Source: Fimbriosthenelais zetlandica
Lineage: Eukaryota
Length of the DNA stretch: 64,000 nt
Direction of reading: 5' to 3'
Assembly (NCBI GenBank): GCA_977030845.1
Contig: OZ365113.1
Coordinates: 21,762,001 to 21,826,000 of the forward strand
In this document: positions 37,401 through 52,454 of the stretch, piece after piece
Position numbering within the stretch: the first letter of the stretch is position 1
Layout: each line of letters begins with the position of its first letter
Notes under the pieces: model-generated
The model's input: only the letters and a program-made list of their open reading frames with translations
Databases searched by the model: none
What the model was told of the DNA's origin: nothing
Program-made: the position numbers and the translations under genes

Positions 37401-40056
37401 AGCTCATAAGCTGCTTTTTCAATCATTCGCAGGACGTGAAATGATGTGGTATTGTAATAAGAATGGAAGACGGTTCAAGAAAACATACTTTTTTCTCCTA
37501 AACATCAGTTTGCCCATAATGGGAGTTTCACGAGGCAGCAATATTAATTAATTCTTTGTCCTTTGTCAAGGGTGCTTTAATCTTATTAACCATGGCCAAA
37601 TATTTCCTAACAAACAGATCCATCAGTTTTAGCCACGTAGGCAACTCTTCTATGTAGCAAGTAGAGCTTCTGCTATAATTTCTTTGAGCAAGTGTGATGG
37701 AGCATTGGAATAACCAATGAAGCGAGAAAAAGCTGCTAGTTAGCTTATTAGGATGCCAAGGCCTTTTGAGGATGAATCCAAACAGAGGAATAGAATGCTT
37801 TCTTGGAAGCTGAAACATTCTAATCTGTTCCATCAGAAGAATCAATTCGAAATCACACCGCCGTGACATGATTAGATGGGCGATAATAGGGTAAAAAGTT
37901 GGTTATTATCGCCCCTCGCAGCAGCCAGAATAGACGATCGTTAATCAAGGCATTGTGCATCCAACTGGTCTTCTATCTCATGTTCCAGAAAAGCTCCTCT
38001 TTTGTTTTGTCTGTTAATTAGAAATGGGTGAATGAGAAATCTAATCAAAACCAGTCTTGTGTGTTTTCTGATTTTGCCTATTAGCTCTGCGAGGAAGAAC
38101 AACAAGGTAATCAAGAGGTTATTACGAACAAGGTCATGGAATTAGCACGAACTGCACTATGCATGGCATACGCTGTCATTTATCTATGTTATCAGATCAT
38201 GAGTTTGGACAAAAAGAGTTGAATAACCACCTTTTTGTGACATTGAACAGGCCAGTCTATAAAACATATGAAAACTTTTCATGTGGACCCGACAAGTTTT
38301 CAGGGATGCCAGACAAAATGTTGAAACTTTCATGCGGGACTTTGGGATCTTTCGTCAAAATGATGTTAGATGTCCGATGACTTTTGGCTTACATTGACGT
38401 TCTTAAAATTCATTTCATTTCCGACTTGACAATTCCACAGACAACAAAAAGGCCTTTGAGACTAAAATCCAGTAATATAAATCCTATCAGAGAAAGGAAA
38501 ACCCCCATTTGGCCAGAGGGGACATCCAGGGGCGGTGCTGTAAGAAGTGCTCTGCATATTTCAGTATTTTGGCGATTCTGATCATGTGGCTGCAGCTCTT
38601 AGAGCCACTTGAGGATGTAATGGTAGCCATGACTGGCCACTAATGACACTCTTTGTGAGATGTAACCCCTTTGGTGATTGGCCACTTCTCATTCTGTGCA
38701 GACAGTAGCGTGGAATTCTCCAATTTCGTGTTAAGGAAGAGAATAAAGTAGTTCAGTTAACTTACTTCTGACATACCAATACCCCAGACCCAAAGCCTTG
38801 GTTAACACAAGGAAGGAGCCATATGAACAGGAAATTGGAATGAAACAAAGCCTATTTCCCAGATGGGCTCTGTTGCTGGGACCGGTATGGAAATTAAAGG
38901 ATTAAAGGATTGGCAGTTTAATTCCAGAGTATCTGCCGTTAATATGCAGTATTGGGAGTGGGATTCCTTGGGTGGTCATCCCATCCTGGTGCTGGACATC
39001 CAGGCCCAGGCCATCTTCCACTGGGCTTTCTGCTTGACCACGCCTACTGTCCACTGTCTCTATCTGGAGAAGATTGGAAAGCAGTGAGGCGACAGGCTAG
39101 GGGGCCTAAACTCCACACGTGGGACAAGATTAGATAGCTTTTGTCTTATACATGTGCGCTGAAGGTCAAATTGCAGACGACATTCAATCAGATAAATCGT
39201 GGTTAACAAGGGGATTCCGACGCTGATCCCGCAAATGGATGCCACAGAGGTGAGACAAAAAGAGTTCCAAGTAAGAAATTCAATGCGTTCCTAACTGACG
39301 GTACAAATTACCATGTCAGTTGCATACATATTTCTCAAAAGAATGTTCAGATTGGTATGCCCAACGTGGTGCAAGTAAAATCTGTGGTTACTTCAAATTA
39401 TCCTAATTGAAGGTCCGTACTTTTTTCCCTAAGACCGACTAAAGAAATATCTCAATTAAACCAGAGTGATGTCTCAGCACTACTAATTACTGGGAACAAT
39501 TAAGAGCAATGAATTGTTATTAATTGTTATTAAAGCATTAGAAGAGTCCAATAAAACTTCGGTCAAAAACATGGGCTCATTAGATTTTAAGCTCAATTTC
39601 CATTTCAATTATTGCCTTTGGTTTGATATAAATTCAATGGATTCAAAACAAGTTTGTAGTAACCAAGAGCAGAACGAATATTAACAAATTTTCATACGCA
39701 AAGTATATCTCCCGAGGATGAAACAACACCGAACTTTCGAAGAAATAAAAAAACTCAAGTCTAGACTGGAGTCATTTGTCCAACATCACGCACATTAACA
39801 TGTCTGTTGCCTTCATCGATGAATGATAACTCCACATGTTTTACAAGCGCCAAGCATCTCTGAGTCATACATCCTAACTTCTGAACCGTTGAAGTATATC
39901 TTAAAATTGCCCTAAAACCAGTGCTCTCTGAATTGGCCTTTTAGAAAATTAAAAAAACAATCGGATTCTTAGAGATCATGCGTCAATTCCAACACAATCT
40001 ACCAAGTAAGAAGTAGCTCTGGGCGTATAGGCTTGGGATGTACAAATGCAATTTCA

Positions 40057-40116
40057 GTAGATAATGTCAGAGATGGAAATAAGCTGCTTACATTAGCAGA
40101 AATATAACAACATTAC
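40057..40116 (+). mobile_element. Short Tx1/L1 ORF2 C-terminal-like fragment
   Basis: VDNVRDGNKLLTLAEI*QHY resembles .DL..G.L.(S/T)F.EL...Y; internal stop. Confidence 0.35.
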
Positions 40117-43100
40117 GAGCGAATGTGAATTGAAAATCAACAAAAAGGAAAATGATGAGTATTCTCCTACTCCCCAAAGACGGAACCAAATTTAGAGACT
40201 TCGAAAGAAGCACCAGGGAGTAGGTGAAATGCGTTAATGTTTGCAATGGGTGTGTCACTCTTTCAGGTAAGCTGTATAGAGTTTATATACAAGTACTAGT
40301 TAAAACACTGTCACCCAACCTCCTTTCTTCCATTCTAGATTCTCAATTTTCTTGAATTGGTAAATGGGGAAAAAGAGGAGAGTGTTTTATCTCAAACACG
40401 AAGTATATGTATATCCTCATACGCAAAAGAAATATCTCTGTATAGACATACACATACTAAAGGAAGATCTGGCAGGTGATCTTCGTGCAAGTAACATTCG
40501 ATACGGCTTCAAAGGAGGGAGAAAAAACTGAGTGGCAATACACATGCCAGCAGACATGCCCATATCACTATCTTACTGCTATATAATGTTATAAGTACAT
40601 ATGCTCACCTATGGAAGTTGAATAAACACAAGTCTTATAACAAGAGTTCAGACAAGGACAGGCAATTATTTCTCATGAGTTTGCCACCTGTGCTTCTCGG
40701 GAACTTTGAAGTAGAATGATGGAACAAATTGGGATAAACCGATTTATGTGTGTACACATTCTGTACGCAACTTTCATAACTCTACAATCTCACTAATGCC
40801 CAAATACCAATACCCATAACTCTATCAAAATGGAGGTAAATGGAAGAAACGAGACAGTGAAGAAAACGTTAACTCGGTGGAATATAATATATCTTAATAA
40901 AGCGGGTGTCTATGGACGGTATGTGAATGGAGAACAAAGTGAAGAGAATCAATGATGGCTCTGATGGCTCTTTTGCAGTCAGAAGCCAGGTCAATTGGCG
41001 ATTCTCTTTCATGTGATAAGGATCACCATAGCACTCGGTGTGTAACAGAGAAAGGGCAGATTTCACGGACCACTAGATGATCTGCTTCATTTACCAACAC
41101 AAACACATCTGAAGACAGTGCCTGGCTGTGACTCGGGTGGTATACGGGGTTGTACGAAGGGTGAAAGGAAAGAGTTCAATTAGACTTTGATCACTTTGAT
41201 CACTTCAAAAGTGGGTTGAAGCGCTAGGGGAATTTGAGGTTGCGAACCGCATGCACGATTCACAGTTTTTTCTATTAAAATAATTTTAATTCAAAGGCTA
41301 TATGTTATCTTGTCTATGGGTCTACAATTGAAACAATTGGGTAGAAGTAAATGTATGCGATTCGCTTCCACTTGTACGCTTGCTCTTCTAAGATTTCTGG
41401 CTCCTTTGTCATCCCCTGAATAACCAACAGCGGAGGTGGCTATGAGATGAATGCGGAGGGTGGAGTCACACCCAGGCCTGCCGAGACAACAAGTATTGGC
41501 AAAGGAAAAAGGCCAGCAGTGGCGTGCCAGCATGCAGCATGTAATTGATAGGACTTGTCAATGCCATGCTTGATTGGAGGGCGAGAGAGGCGTAATGAAA
41601 AGATGAGGAGGTGGTAACAATCTGAGACAAACAGTTAACAGAGATGAGAACCATAGATAAGGCACTCGGTAGGAAAGTGTATATTATATAGATTTAGCCC
41701 AACTATGCATGAATTGCCAGCTAAACACTTTCTTTTTTCTTAATTGCCATTTAATTAAAGAAAACTGACTTGTGGAACTTGACTGAGAAACAACATGTGT
41801 TCATACAAATCTTAGTTATGAAGGAGAAAAAGGGACAATGAATATTTTAGCATTGTAGCTAAGTAAGTCGAAGTTAAAATTGAGCCAAGGTCTACGGCAT
41901 GACCAAAATATGAACAGTAAAAGAGTCGACTACTGTGGTTGTGGAGCAAACCCATGGTGTTTAAGGTTACCTCTTGCCCCAAAGAAAGCTTCCACATTAA
42001 TGAGTGTTGGCGACTAAACAATTACGTTGATCGGCTAGTTGTTTGCAGAGTGGCTTGATCACGTTCACCAATTAAACAAGTAGTCTGCCTTTTGGTGTTC
42101 AGAAGGGAAAGAGTGCTGACAAATCACTGGTTTGCGAAAGAGGCATTTATTTGAGGATCCACCTCAGCTGATACTTGTTAGGATATGATGCAACTCCATA
42201 TATCTGAAGATTTGAAAGGCATCAATAGAGGAAGCAAAGTTGCAAACAGCAGGAACGATGCTTTCAAGTTCATTTTCTACAGAAAGACAATAATTCTGCA
42301 GTGGTATGACCCAGGTAGGAGAAGACATTCTACAAGTAAGTTATATTGAGATATTAGTCAAACATATTGCACTAAATACATGCTGCCTTGACCTAGAATT
42401 ACCAAATCCCCTGCAGTATATTGCAATTGGATACAAAGTAAGTCCTTAATTAGAAAGCCTCCACTTTCGGATCATCAGCCACTTGCCTGAGCTCAGGGGT
42501 ATTAAGTCTCTTATTGGCAGAATCAAATGCACCTCCTTGATCCGTTAAAGAACTATCAATGCCTGCTGACACCACAAGAAAATGAGCAGTGGGAATTGCA
42601 CCCTGCTTCAGTGAGACACCCTACTATTAGAACATGGAAAAACCAGTAATTGCCAATTAAAAGAATACCTTGAGCACCTCCCGTTCCTCCAGATCTATAC
42701 TCATAATAAACATCGATAACACAGTTCTTAATTAAACCGAAGTGCCCAATGTGCTATCCTCGCAATACGAATACCACGGCATGGTGAAAATGGATACTGA
42801 ATAGCAATGGCCCATTGCAAGCGAAGAAAGCCAATTGCTATTCGAGGTGCTTGCACTTTTAACAATTACGAGGAATTGTTTTGTATCAAGGCTTAATTCA
42901 TTCAATTATATTCATAGAGGGCGCAGGGGATTCACATTTCTCTAAAGAGAGGGTCCTCGTTAGGATTCTAGCGTGTGATCATCATTTGTGTTAATTAATT
43001 CTGACACTAGTCATTCTTCATTAGCAGTATGTCTTCTCTCTGCTCTTCTTCATTTTGACAAGGACCTTTTAATTTAACTAGGCTAATGCATAACCATGCC

Positions 43101-45413
43101 AACTTTACAATGCTAGAGATGATTCCGGATTCCGATTCCATGGAGTCTTTTTTGTTGGGATCTTCTGAACATACATCGAGAATCCACAAGTCTATATAAT
43201 CACTCCTATATAGATCTGTTATCCTTCATGCCATTATTTTAGAAGACATAGACCATTCTATGTGAAGAATTACGTTTACCATTTCCAATGGATTTCTTAC
43301 TTTATCGCCAACCACGAGATTGGGTTAATGAGTAAAAACTTTATTATATACATGGAAATGATCAAAAGGCACTCCAAAGTGCAATACAAGTCTGACACCC
43401 ATTAACATCACATTTAATTAGTATTAAAGGATTTTAACATTAACCCTCAAAGCAGGGTGTTTAAGTGGGCCGCTGACCTGTTGATGAGAATACAAGCCTT
43501 CGTGCATGTCTAATGCACCGACTGCTGCGCCTGGATCCAGCACGTGTGCATTGAAAGCAGTTGTAAGTAGAGGCACTTGGAAGGTGAATTAACGGCAAAC
43601 AGGTGTCCCTGTCGCTTGGGGAACAAATGTGACCTGAATTAACAAAGGATTCCGTGACAAACATGTGCAGATCATGAGCTTAGCAGGGGGGGGAAGCTTG
43701 GCCACCTTCCTTATTGGTGCTTGTAAATGTGGCGTGGCCAGGCGGAGGCAGAGTGATATTGGATCCCCATTTGCCTGTAAAGTGTCCGTGTTAGCACTGA
43801 AGGTCATGAAAGAGCACCTCTTGTCTTCAGTGGCTTTTTTCTTATATAGTCCAAGTCTGAGAGGATGCTCACCACCTTAATAATCCTTCTCAGACTGCGG
43901 GAATCTGATCCCAAGGCAGGGAAGGCGGGGTGGTCAAAGGAATGAGAAACGTGTCGTCACCAGGAATTCTATTCAGTAACAGAGAATGAATAATGTCCTC
44001 ACGTCCCACAGGAGTGTGAGGTGCCTGTTGTCATATACGTCAGTTCTTTTTTCTTTCTTTTTTTTCAAACGGACACATTTAATGGGTATGTAAAAACTTA
44101 GTTTAAACATTTTAAAAACTCTGCAGTTTCCATATTTATATGAAATAAATAATGTTTCAGAAAGCATTTAGCGTCACGAAAGAGACACTGCTCTGACACA
44201 TGACACGGCTTTTGAAAATTTTGAATTTTTTTTTTTTCGTTTTATCGCGGAGTAATTTTGTCCTGTATCTGTTCCATTAAACACTTCTATACAGTGTAGA
44301 AGCTGGCCCACCGTTCTACACAACTGAGGACATTTCCCACATGGGAATTGCAGGTGGAAATAACATTCAGCTTTCATTACTTCCACTTGCAGAATTCGAC
44401 AACGGGAACACACTTTATTCACAATGCATATATGGGGGAAGTCTGGGCGGTTGCCGCACACCATGGTGTAGCGGGAGAGATAGGGGAAGGAAGGAGGGCG
44501 GCAATCTTTCAGCCAGCCAAAGGTTCAGTCGTGGATCATAAACTATTAGTGACAGCCCAGCCAACAGAGAGGGGCTGTATGTCTCTAAGCGGCCCATAAG
44601 TCCACGTGTATACAATATTACCCTGTGGGTGAATACTTCTAGTCCCATCTGCCATGTAACAACTTATCTCAGCCTGCCTAAGGCATAAGACATGGCCCAG
44701 TGTTCGATCTACAGGCTTTCAATGTCAAGCACCCATCTATAGGCAGACAATCATATTTGACTTCATATATGTTGGAGCCCTATACAATTGCTTTAGCTAA
44801 GAGTCTGTTGTGCATGAGGGGCTTTTACCCATTGCTGCAGCTTCATGATGGGTCCTGATGGCGCCGTGCCGCTGTGAGCCAAGTGGGATCATCTTTCTAA
44901 AGTCTTCCTGATAAGGCTTCTACTCCTCATTTTGTCTATCAAGCCAAGGTAAAGTGGAAAGGGAGCGTATACTGGGACGCTACAGCAGTGACTTGTCTGT
45001 GTGGCGCAGTGTACCCAGAATATTCGAGGGCTGGTTGTACACTGTATAATGCTAAATCCTTATACAGATTGCATATGGAGATGAGGAAAGGCACTCATAT
45101 AGTCATACAGATTTTCCCATATAGCAGCTGAACACACATAACAGATCTAGCAGAAATATGCACATTCAGGTCACTGAACAACAATGATTCATCCACTATG
45201 GTAGTAGGGCTACAAGACCCTGATAAAAGTACCATCACCGCACATGGAAAAATAACCTTACACAGTAGTTTTCATTTTGGATGTCCTGCCATTGTTTGGA
45301 GTGCAAACTTGAACACTTGCCAAGTAATTACAGCGTGTTCATCGAGCATTCAAGTCAGTCCAGACTATCTCGAGTGCAACAGGGTGCTCTGGTATGCTCC
45401 CCACTATATACAT

Positions 45414-45458
45414 GATCCCCTGGCTGCCCTCGTCAAAAAAGGCTATAGGGTGGAGATC
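45414..45458 (+). mobile_element. Short DIRS-like RT N-terminal fragment
   Basis: DPLAALVKKGYRVEI resembles D.WVL.IV..GYR(L/I)EF of DIRS RT. Confidence 0.35.
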
Positions 45459-48400
45459 ACCTGAGAGTGACAAGCAAGACTTAAAGGCTTTGATGACATC
45501 AGACATGAACATCTGCATCAAGCCCACTTTTCCTCCTCCACCATCTGTTTATGACTTTATGCAGCTATAAATCTTGATGGTCACAATACAGCCTGCAGCA
45601 TGCGGTATAAGCCAGGCCACAATACGCCCAACATCCTCCTCCAAAATGAGGAAGGAAACGCAGTCGATCTAAACCCTGGAACTGATGGCCCATGACCTAA
45701 AGCCAGTGCCTGGTAAGTGGTCCAGAGGCCAAAAGGGCGACAAGAGGTGTGTCAAGGGCCACGCCGGAGCAGAGTGAGGCCAGGGCCAGGGTTTTTCTAT
45801 AGCTGCTTCCTGAGATATTGATGCTCAACTGGTAATCAATAAGTTGGAAAATCTGCAAATGATGGAGGCGTTGCCAACAATGGTTTATGGTATCCCGAGG
45901 GGCAGGATTTAAGGGCAATTTACGAAGGTTCATATTGATGTTAGCCGCAAGCAGGAGATAAATATTCTCGGATGTGGACATTAATTTTCACATGTCCTTC
46001 TGACAAGATAACAAAAGTCAATGTCAATGAACCATTCATCTGTTTTCTTCAATACTGTGTCATACTTGAAAAACAAAACACGTCAGTAATTTTCAGAAAC
46101 ATCTGCCCCTCCCTGCCACTTCGGAACCCATTCCAGGACCCAAAGTGTGAAATATTACAAAAGGAAACGAAGAAAAAGACCATATTCAGGGTATATGTAC
46201 CGTTTCTAACACAAGTGCCCTCAAGAAGAAAGCACCTGAGAAACACAAGATGGACGAAATCTCTGTAACACATGCAGAAACTGTCCATTTGATCATCTCC
46301 GAAAGGGAATAAAATTAATCTTATATTGATAAGTCAATATAACAATTCATTGTTTCATGCCATTCAATGCCTAGTTTTATTATTCCACTTTATTTTAATC
46401 GTCATTATCACTGGATATGATTGGCAATAATAATAATAGTAGACAATGGGTAAATACTTTCATTGATATAATGTTCATGCAGTAATTTGCTCATAAAAGC
46501 ACAAATGCGTTTGGAGCAATTCCATGATTCCCATATACAATAATTAATATGCCACTTTCAGATTCAGGCAATAGCAGCAAGGGACAAATCATGGATCGAC
46601 ATCCAGTTCAGTAATAGATATAATGGATGGTGTTCAATGAAAAGTCCTGCTTAATTCCCACAAAAAAAGCTTCCCACAGGCTAACAAGAAAGACTTTAGG
46701 TCATGAGAAAGACCCAAGTCTCTACAGCAGTCAAATTTATGATGCGGCATCTGGCAATGACTCAGGAATACGGACCAAGTTCTTCATTCATCGTAAATTA
46801 CAATAAACGGAAGCAGGGGAGGCCAGAACTATAAGAAATATGAACCCTTTGTTCATTAAAATAACGCAGTTTGTTATAAGAAATCCATGGGTTCCTTAAT
46901 TATTTAAAATCAACTTCGGAGAAATTGAAAAGACCAACAGGCAGGGATCCTTCATAGGGTTCATTAATAGAACTGCTATATAATAGATAATGCTATGACT
47001 GTATAAGGCCTGCAAATACTGCAGCTTAACTATGTCTTTAATACTGGCAGCATTGATCCCTAAATTCTTTGGGTTTAACGAGGACAGAATTGGGACTCTT
47101 TAACCCCTACTGCCATAACTTCGGTAGGGGTGGTATAAGTATGAAAATGAAATCATCAAAAATGATCATCCCCATGGTAATAGAAGAGCATGGGCGTCAA
47201 AGATCATGAATATTCCAAGTAAACTTTGTAATGAAACACCAGAGAGTGGCAGCTGGGGCCCTTTATGGAAAGAGTGTCATTTTCTAGGATTATTATCTGT
47301 GATTTTTCACCAGCTGACATTTTAGACAAACCTGCATTAATGAGGCCTTTAATACTTTGCCTAATGCCTCACCTGCATGCAGGGTGCGAGCAATTACCAA
47401 CTGTCCTCCAAGAAATTAATTTTCTAGCCCCAGCCCCACTAACCACCTGCTGATGAGGAAGAAGCTATAAATTCTTCACATTAGGCAATGGCTGAGGTTG
47501 GTAAATTATAAAGACACGCACCAACCAAGGAAATGTTTTCATCAACCAACTACGGGCTCATTCCCGTCGTTAAAAACAAATGTTTTATGACATTTTTATC
47601 ACTTTTTTATCAGCTTTTGGTTGTCCAAAACAAATTTAGGTCTTTATACTTTACTTCTTATTTTCAAATTGAGCCACACATGTTTTCATGTGCGGACCAA
47701 ACTATTTTCGACATTCATAACAACATTGAAATATCTGGCAGATGTCATCGAACAACCGACAGAATTCAAAATTACTTTCGAGTGTCAGCTGCACTTGAGA
47801 ATCGTCAACTGAATAATGTTCCATGCATTTGTAATACATTTTTTGCAGGAAGACCTTCAGCGGGTGTGCTGCTAATAACCTATTGCGATTCCATAGCACA
47901 CGTACTATTGAGTCAATCGCAGAGGCCAAACAACAACTTGATATCTTAACTCATCTATCAGCACTTATTGTGAGGCAAGTCAGGAGCTGACGTGAGGACG
48001 CAAAGAGCACCCAGGTGTCTAGTACTAGTCCATTTGGAATTTCACCACACAGTGACAGGTGGCTAAAAATAGTCCAGAGGAAAAACTGCAATTTCCTTGA
48101 CTATATCGTCTTTCGTCTAATAGGATAAAATTGATATTTGGTCCATTCCATGTGCTGCGCTAAGGAAGTGCTTTGGAATTAGAATATCTTTGTCTTCAAG
48201 GATATGATTGAGGAAACATCAGATGGAAGCATAGCTGACTGTTGATCTCATGAATTGAGGTTGACGCGTGGAATAGAATTCATTATCCAATCCTACAAAA
48301 GCGTAATCTTTCCCAAGTTCAGGTCCTCATATCTATTTTCCGCAACCTCATGGGTATACATTGCAAGGTCGGCATGCTTTGAGCTTTATATAATACATAG

Positions 48401-50764
48401 AGGCAAAGCTTTCTGAATATAGCTTTACCTTCGATATAGTCTGGGAATACACATTAATGGTATTCCCACCAATCCCTCCTCCAATGCCAACATAGGGCTT
48501 AGTGATACAGATCTGATTCAGAGGTGAGAAGGTCCCATCCCATTCTCGGAAATAAAGCCCCATTTGAAACGGACCTGTTGTAGCTTTGCCCTTGCCATCC
48601 ATCAGGGCCTGGACCATGAATATTTCAGTGGAGGCCCAGACCTAAACAAACTGGATCAAATCAGGCAGTATTAATCCCTCAGATGATCACATTAGACCTG
48701 TCTCAATGTGAAAAGGAGAGGGTGGTGTTGGCGGGGAGGAGCAGGATGGAGGCACTGACACGGCATTCTATATCTTTGACTGATATGGGTTTTGTTTGAC
48801 AGTAGTTCGCCAATCCTTGACAAACGATATCGGCAGAGACTTACTCAGTTTCTATGTAGGCCTATGTAGGCCTACATGGAGATTTACAGCATTCCCTTCC
48901 GACATCCCACGGGTGAATAAAGACCAATTATGTCCTTAAAAAGCTTCTAGGCAAGTCAAGGTGTCACATACTTTGACGACATGATATGTAGCTCCTTCAG
49001 GTTCTAAGATTGACATTGGGTACTCTCACTGCCAAATGTCATGAAATAGGTCACTAGTCCTGAACACTGATGACGACAACAACAACAATGACGATGCTGG
49101 TGGCAGCATCGATGATGACAAATTCCAGTATGTTTGAATTGGTTGTCTTGCATGGAGAATTGTCAGTGAAGGCCCAGTTCCAGGCATGTCTGATGAGTGG
49201 GCAAGCTTTCTTGAACATTCAGGGACAGGCAAGAGAGCTTGTCCAGGACAGGGTCGCGGATATGTTGAACTGTAGCAGAGCTGTCAACAACCTGGCTAAA
49301 GCTCAAAGATGCAGTATACATGTACTTGCATCTTCAATAACCTTTTAAAAGAGTAAAATATAAAACTTCCACAAAAATGTCCACGAGGACGGGACAAAAA
49401 GGAAATTAACCTTCTTGCCCAATAATATTCCTTCAGGATTGGACAGAGTCTGAACACAGTACCTAAACAGGATATATTATAACAATGCATGATTGTTTTC
49501 TTTGTCATTTTATATTATTTAACCATACCATTGATACACAGAAGTTAACTCCCAGAATATTTCCAGTGAGATAAAAACACGACACATTAAGAATGAAGGA
49601 AGTAAGCCAGTGTTTAAGTTGTATGAGTCTTATCCTTGAATGAACATGGAGAATGATGTATGGAGCTTTAAATGAAGTCTCATCTTTCACTATATTCAAG
49701 GATAGAGGGATGTGTAACGCAACCATATCACGCTTATCAATCAAAAGCATTATACAATGGTTTTGATCTTCCCTCTTACTAAACAATGTACTATTATTAG
49801 AAATGATTACCATGATCCTTAATGAAACAGCGTTCAGTGACAAAGATGTGGATGGATAGAGACAGGGTGTGCGGTTTACCAATTAACATTACTGAGTTGA
49901 TCTGATATCAAGGCTCGAAATAATTGTTTTTAGCCTGGATCGATTTTGCTATTTATTTTTTTTATTTGATGAGCAACTATAACAAATCTGATGAGCAGTT
50001 TTCTTATCCTTTACGATATTTTTTTATGCAATTCGCGATTTTGCTCTGCATTAGGTTTTTATGGTTGTTATTAGTACAATATCCCCTAAAACCTTATCAA
50101 TATTGTAACTCATATATGAGTATTATTATCAGCGTACTAATACGGAGAGCAGCATCATAAACGCCTCCCGCAAAAGGCTCATAGCTCATATTTCAGCTAA
50201 AGATTTCTGAAAAAGGGGTCAGGTGTAGGAGGCTTAGCATATTTTTGAACTTCCCACTTCGAGAAGAAAAACCGATGCTGATAATTACTGGTGGGACACA
50301 TGTTTACGTGAACGTGGCAGGGTGAGAATGAGAACTACTCGGATAAATATTGATATTTTAATTACCTTTGTGTTCAGCTTGTCCCACAGCTTCCTCTCTA
50401 GTTGATCCGGTCTGAAAAGGATAGGAAGACTAATAAATTTGTGTGCTGCTGCAACGCAACATCATGATACGCCGAATAGCTTTTACAAATGCTCGATGCA
50501 AATGGTATTATAATGCAGTTATGAACAACACATTTTGCCGTCTTTTCTAGAAAATGTACACACGATTTATATTGGAATAACTATTAAATGGTGTATATAA
50601 TTTCCTGCAAGTTTATTTTCATTCAGCTAAACTTCCTATGCTATCAGGTTTGCATCAAACCATGCCGAACTCGAGTGAAAATAAATTAAAATATAGATTT
50701 CACTCCCGACACTAGTTTTTCCACAAAGAAAATCAGAAGAAAAGGTCACAACATAAAAGAGTCA

Positions 50765-50777
50765 GGGGGGGGGGGGG
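50765..50777. repeat. Poly-G run
   Basis: 13 consecutive G. Confidence 0.9.
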
Positions 50778-52454
50778 CGGGTTGAGAGAATTTCTAATGA
50801 GAACTGCTCCAGCCACCTACGGTGACACTCCATATAGGAGCAACCATAAATATGGGAGAAATATCAGAAGCTGAAGTAACATGTCCCAGCATATTACCAC
50901 CTGCCAACATCTGAGAGGGTAATCTTTCAGAGAAAATGTCAAGACGTTGATCATCAAATAGATTTGGACCTCTGCCTTGGGGATAAGTTGGGTAATTGAC
51001 GTTCTCTATGTTCTGGCTGAGGTATTTTACAGTACTTCTCTCATGCATCAAGCTCCATGAACTTTGATTATATACCAGGGTCCTGCTACTAAAGAAGGGG
51101 ACCATGCCATCCATGATGTGAATACTGAGGACCTGTACTTTAACTTAAGGCATGTCCTGTCAACTAAAGTGACTCTATAAGTAATTCTTGTTTAAGTGCA
51201 GATTCAGAGGTTAGATACGAAAGGTGTTCATCCATTGCGATGGTTTCTTTTCAGATTGCAAACACTCTATTGTAGCCTCAAACTTTTTGCTTTGGCTTAA
51301 CCTAAGTCAATTGACTCTAGACAAAATATGCCCACAAAGGCTCCTTGTACAGTAGTTGGAGATAAAGCTTCAACACAGACAACGGAATCTCTGCACAGTC
51401 ACTGGACAAGGGAGTCAAATGCGGTACTTTTACTTTCCCCGACCAACGGCTCAATCACCAAGGCAGAGAACAAGACCTTCACAATTGTATTTGGACACTA
51501 GTATGCGAGTGACCGGACGAATGAATCAGATTAGGCTGACATTGAGGTGAGGGATGGCAGGGGCTCTGGAAGGGCAGGGCTGACTGATGACCTGATACTT
51601 AGAACTTTCCCCTACCCCTCCGACATACGTGTACAGTCCCATTCAAGCGGGGCTAGTGATGGATGCATGATGCAGTGAGATAGATGTTAAGCAGAAGGAG
51701 AGGGAGCCTTGGACAATGCCCAATGGTCACAATGTTGTAAAGAGTAGAAGGATGGGACGGAATAAACCATGACCTATTCACAGGGGTTCTAGACTGAAGT
51801 TTTCTGTCATATTTTACTTTGTCTCAATTGGGCCCTCACTCTACCTTGTTCTGAATGTGTTCAACATTGACTAAAGAACACTTGATGTCTTGCATGGGGC
51901 ACATTTCTCCAGATTTGTATGGTGTACGATAAGAAAAAAAGTCAAGGGCATTCATAAGGTAATATTACTCAAAGTTAATGAAATGCATCAGGCAAGAAAT
52001 ATCCACAGAACTTTAATGGAAGACACTGTCTGGTAAATCTTTAGTTAGTGACCAGGACAAGCTGTAGATTATTCAGGAGAGAGTGACCAGTATTCCTGGA
52101 ATAGTAGAAAGATCCATAGGGAAAAACCTGACAGACTAGAGAGAGAAAAATAGAGAAGGAAGCTGTGTACTCAACAATCTATCAGACACAAGAAAGAGAG
52201 AAGTTCAGAAGAAGGTGGAAGCAGATGAAAGAAGGAAGACATGACAAAATGGCACACGCTGCTAAAGGGCCCTCCACCCACCAACCTCAAAGGTCACTGA
52301 CGACTACTGGGGAAGGCAATAAGTTGCTCACACCTGAGTCGGAGCCCCTCGACAGCTGGGAATGAGCTGAAACTTATAAGGGTTAATCCCTCCAATCAGC
52401 CAAGCCTGAAAAGTTCAAGAGCATTTCATCTGAAGCCGGCAGTTTTAATGGGTG

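Noticed and set aside
44292-45044. 753-bp Tc1-like MITE bounded by TA-CAGTG...CACTG-TA
   Set aside because: The inverted match is only ~13/18, the interior is heterogeneous, and the right end pairs better with a local partner at 45007.
47110-47130. 28S rRNA fragment (CCATAACTTCGG)
   Set aside because: Only ~12 bp resemble the rRNA motif, and the flanks form a repeat-type hairpin instead.
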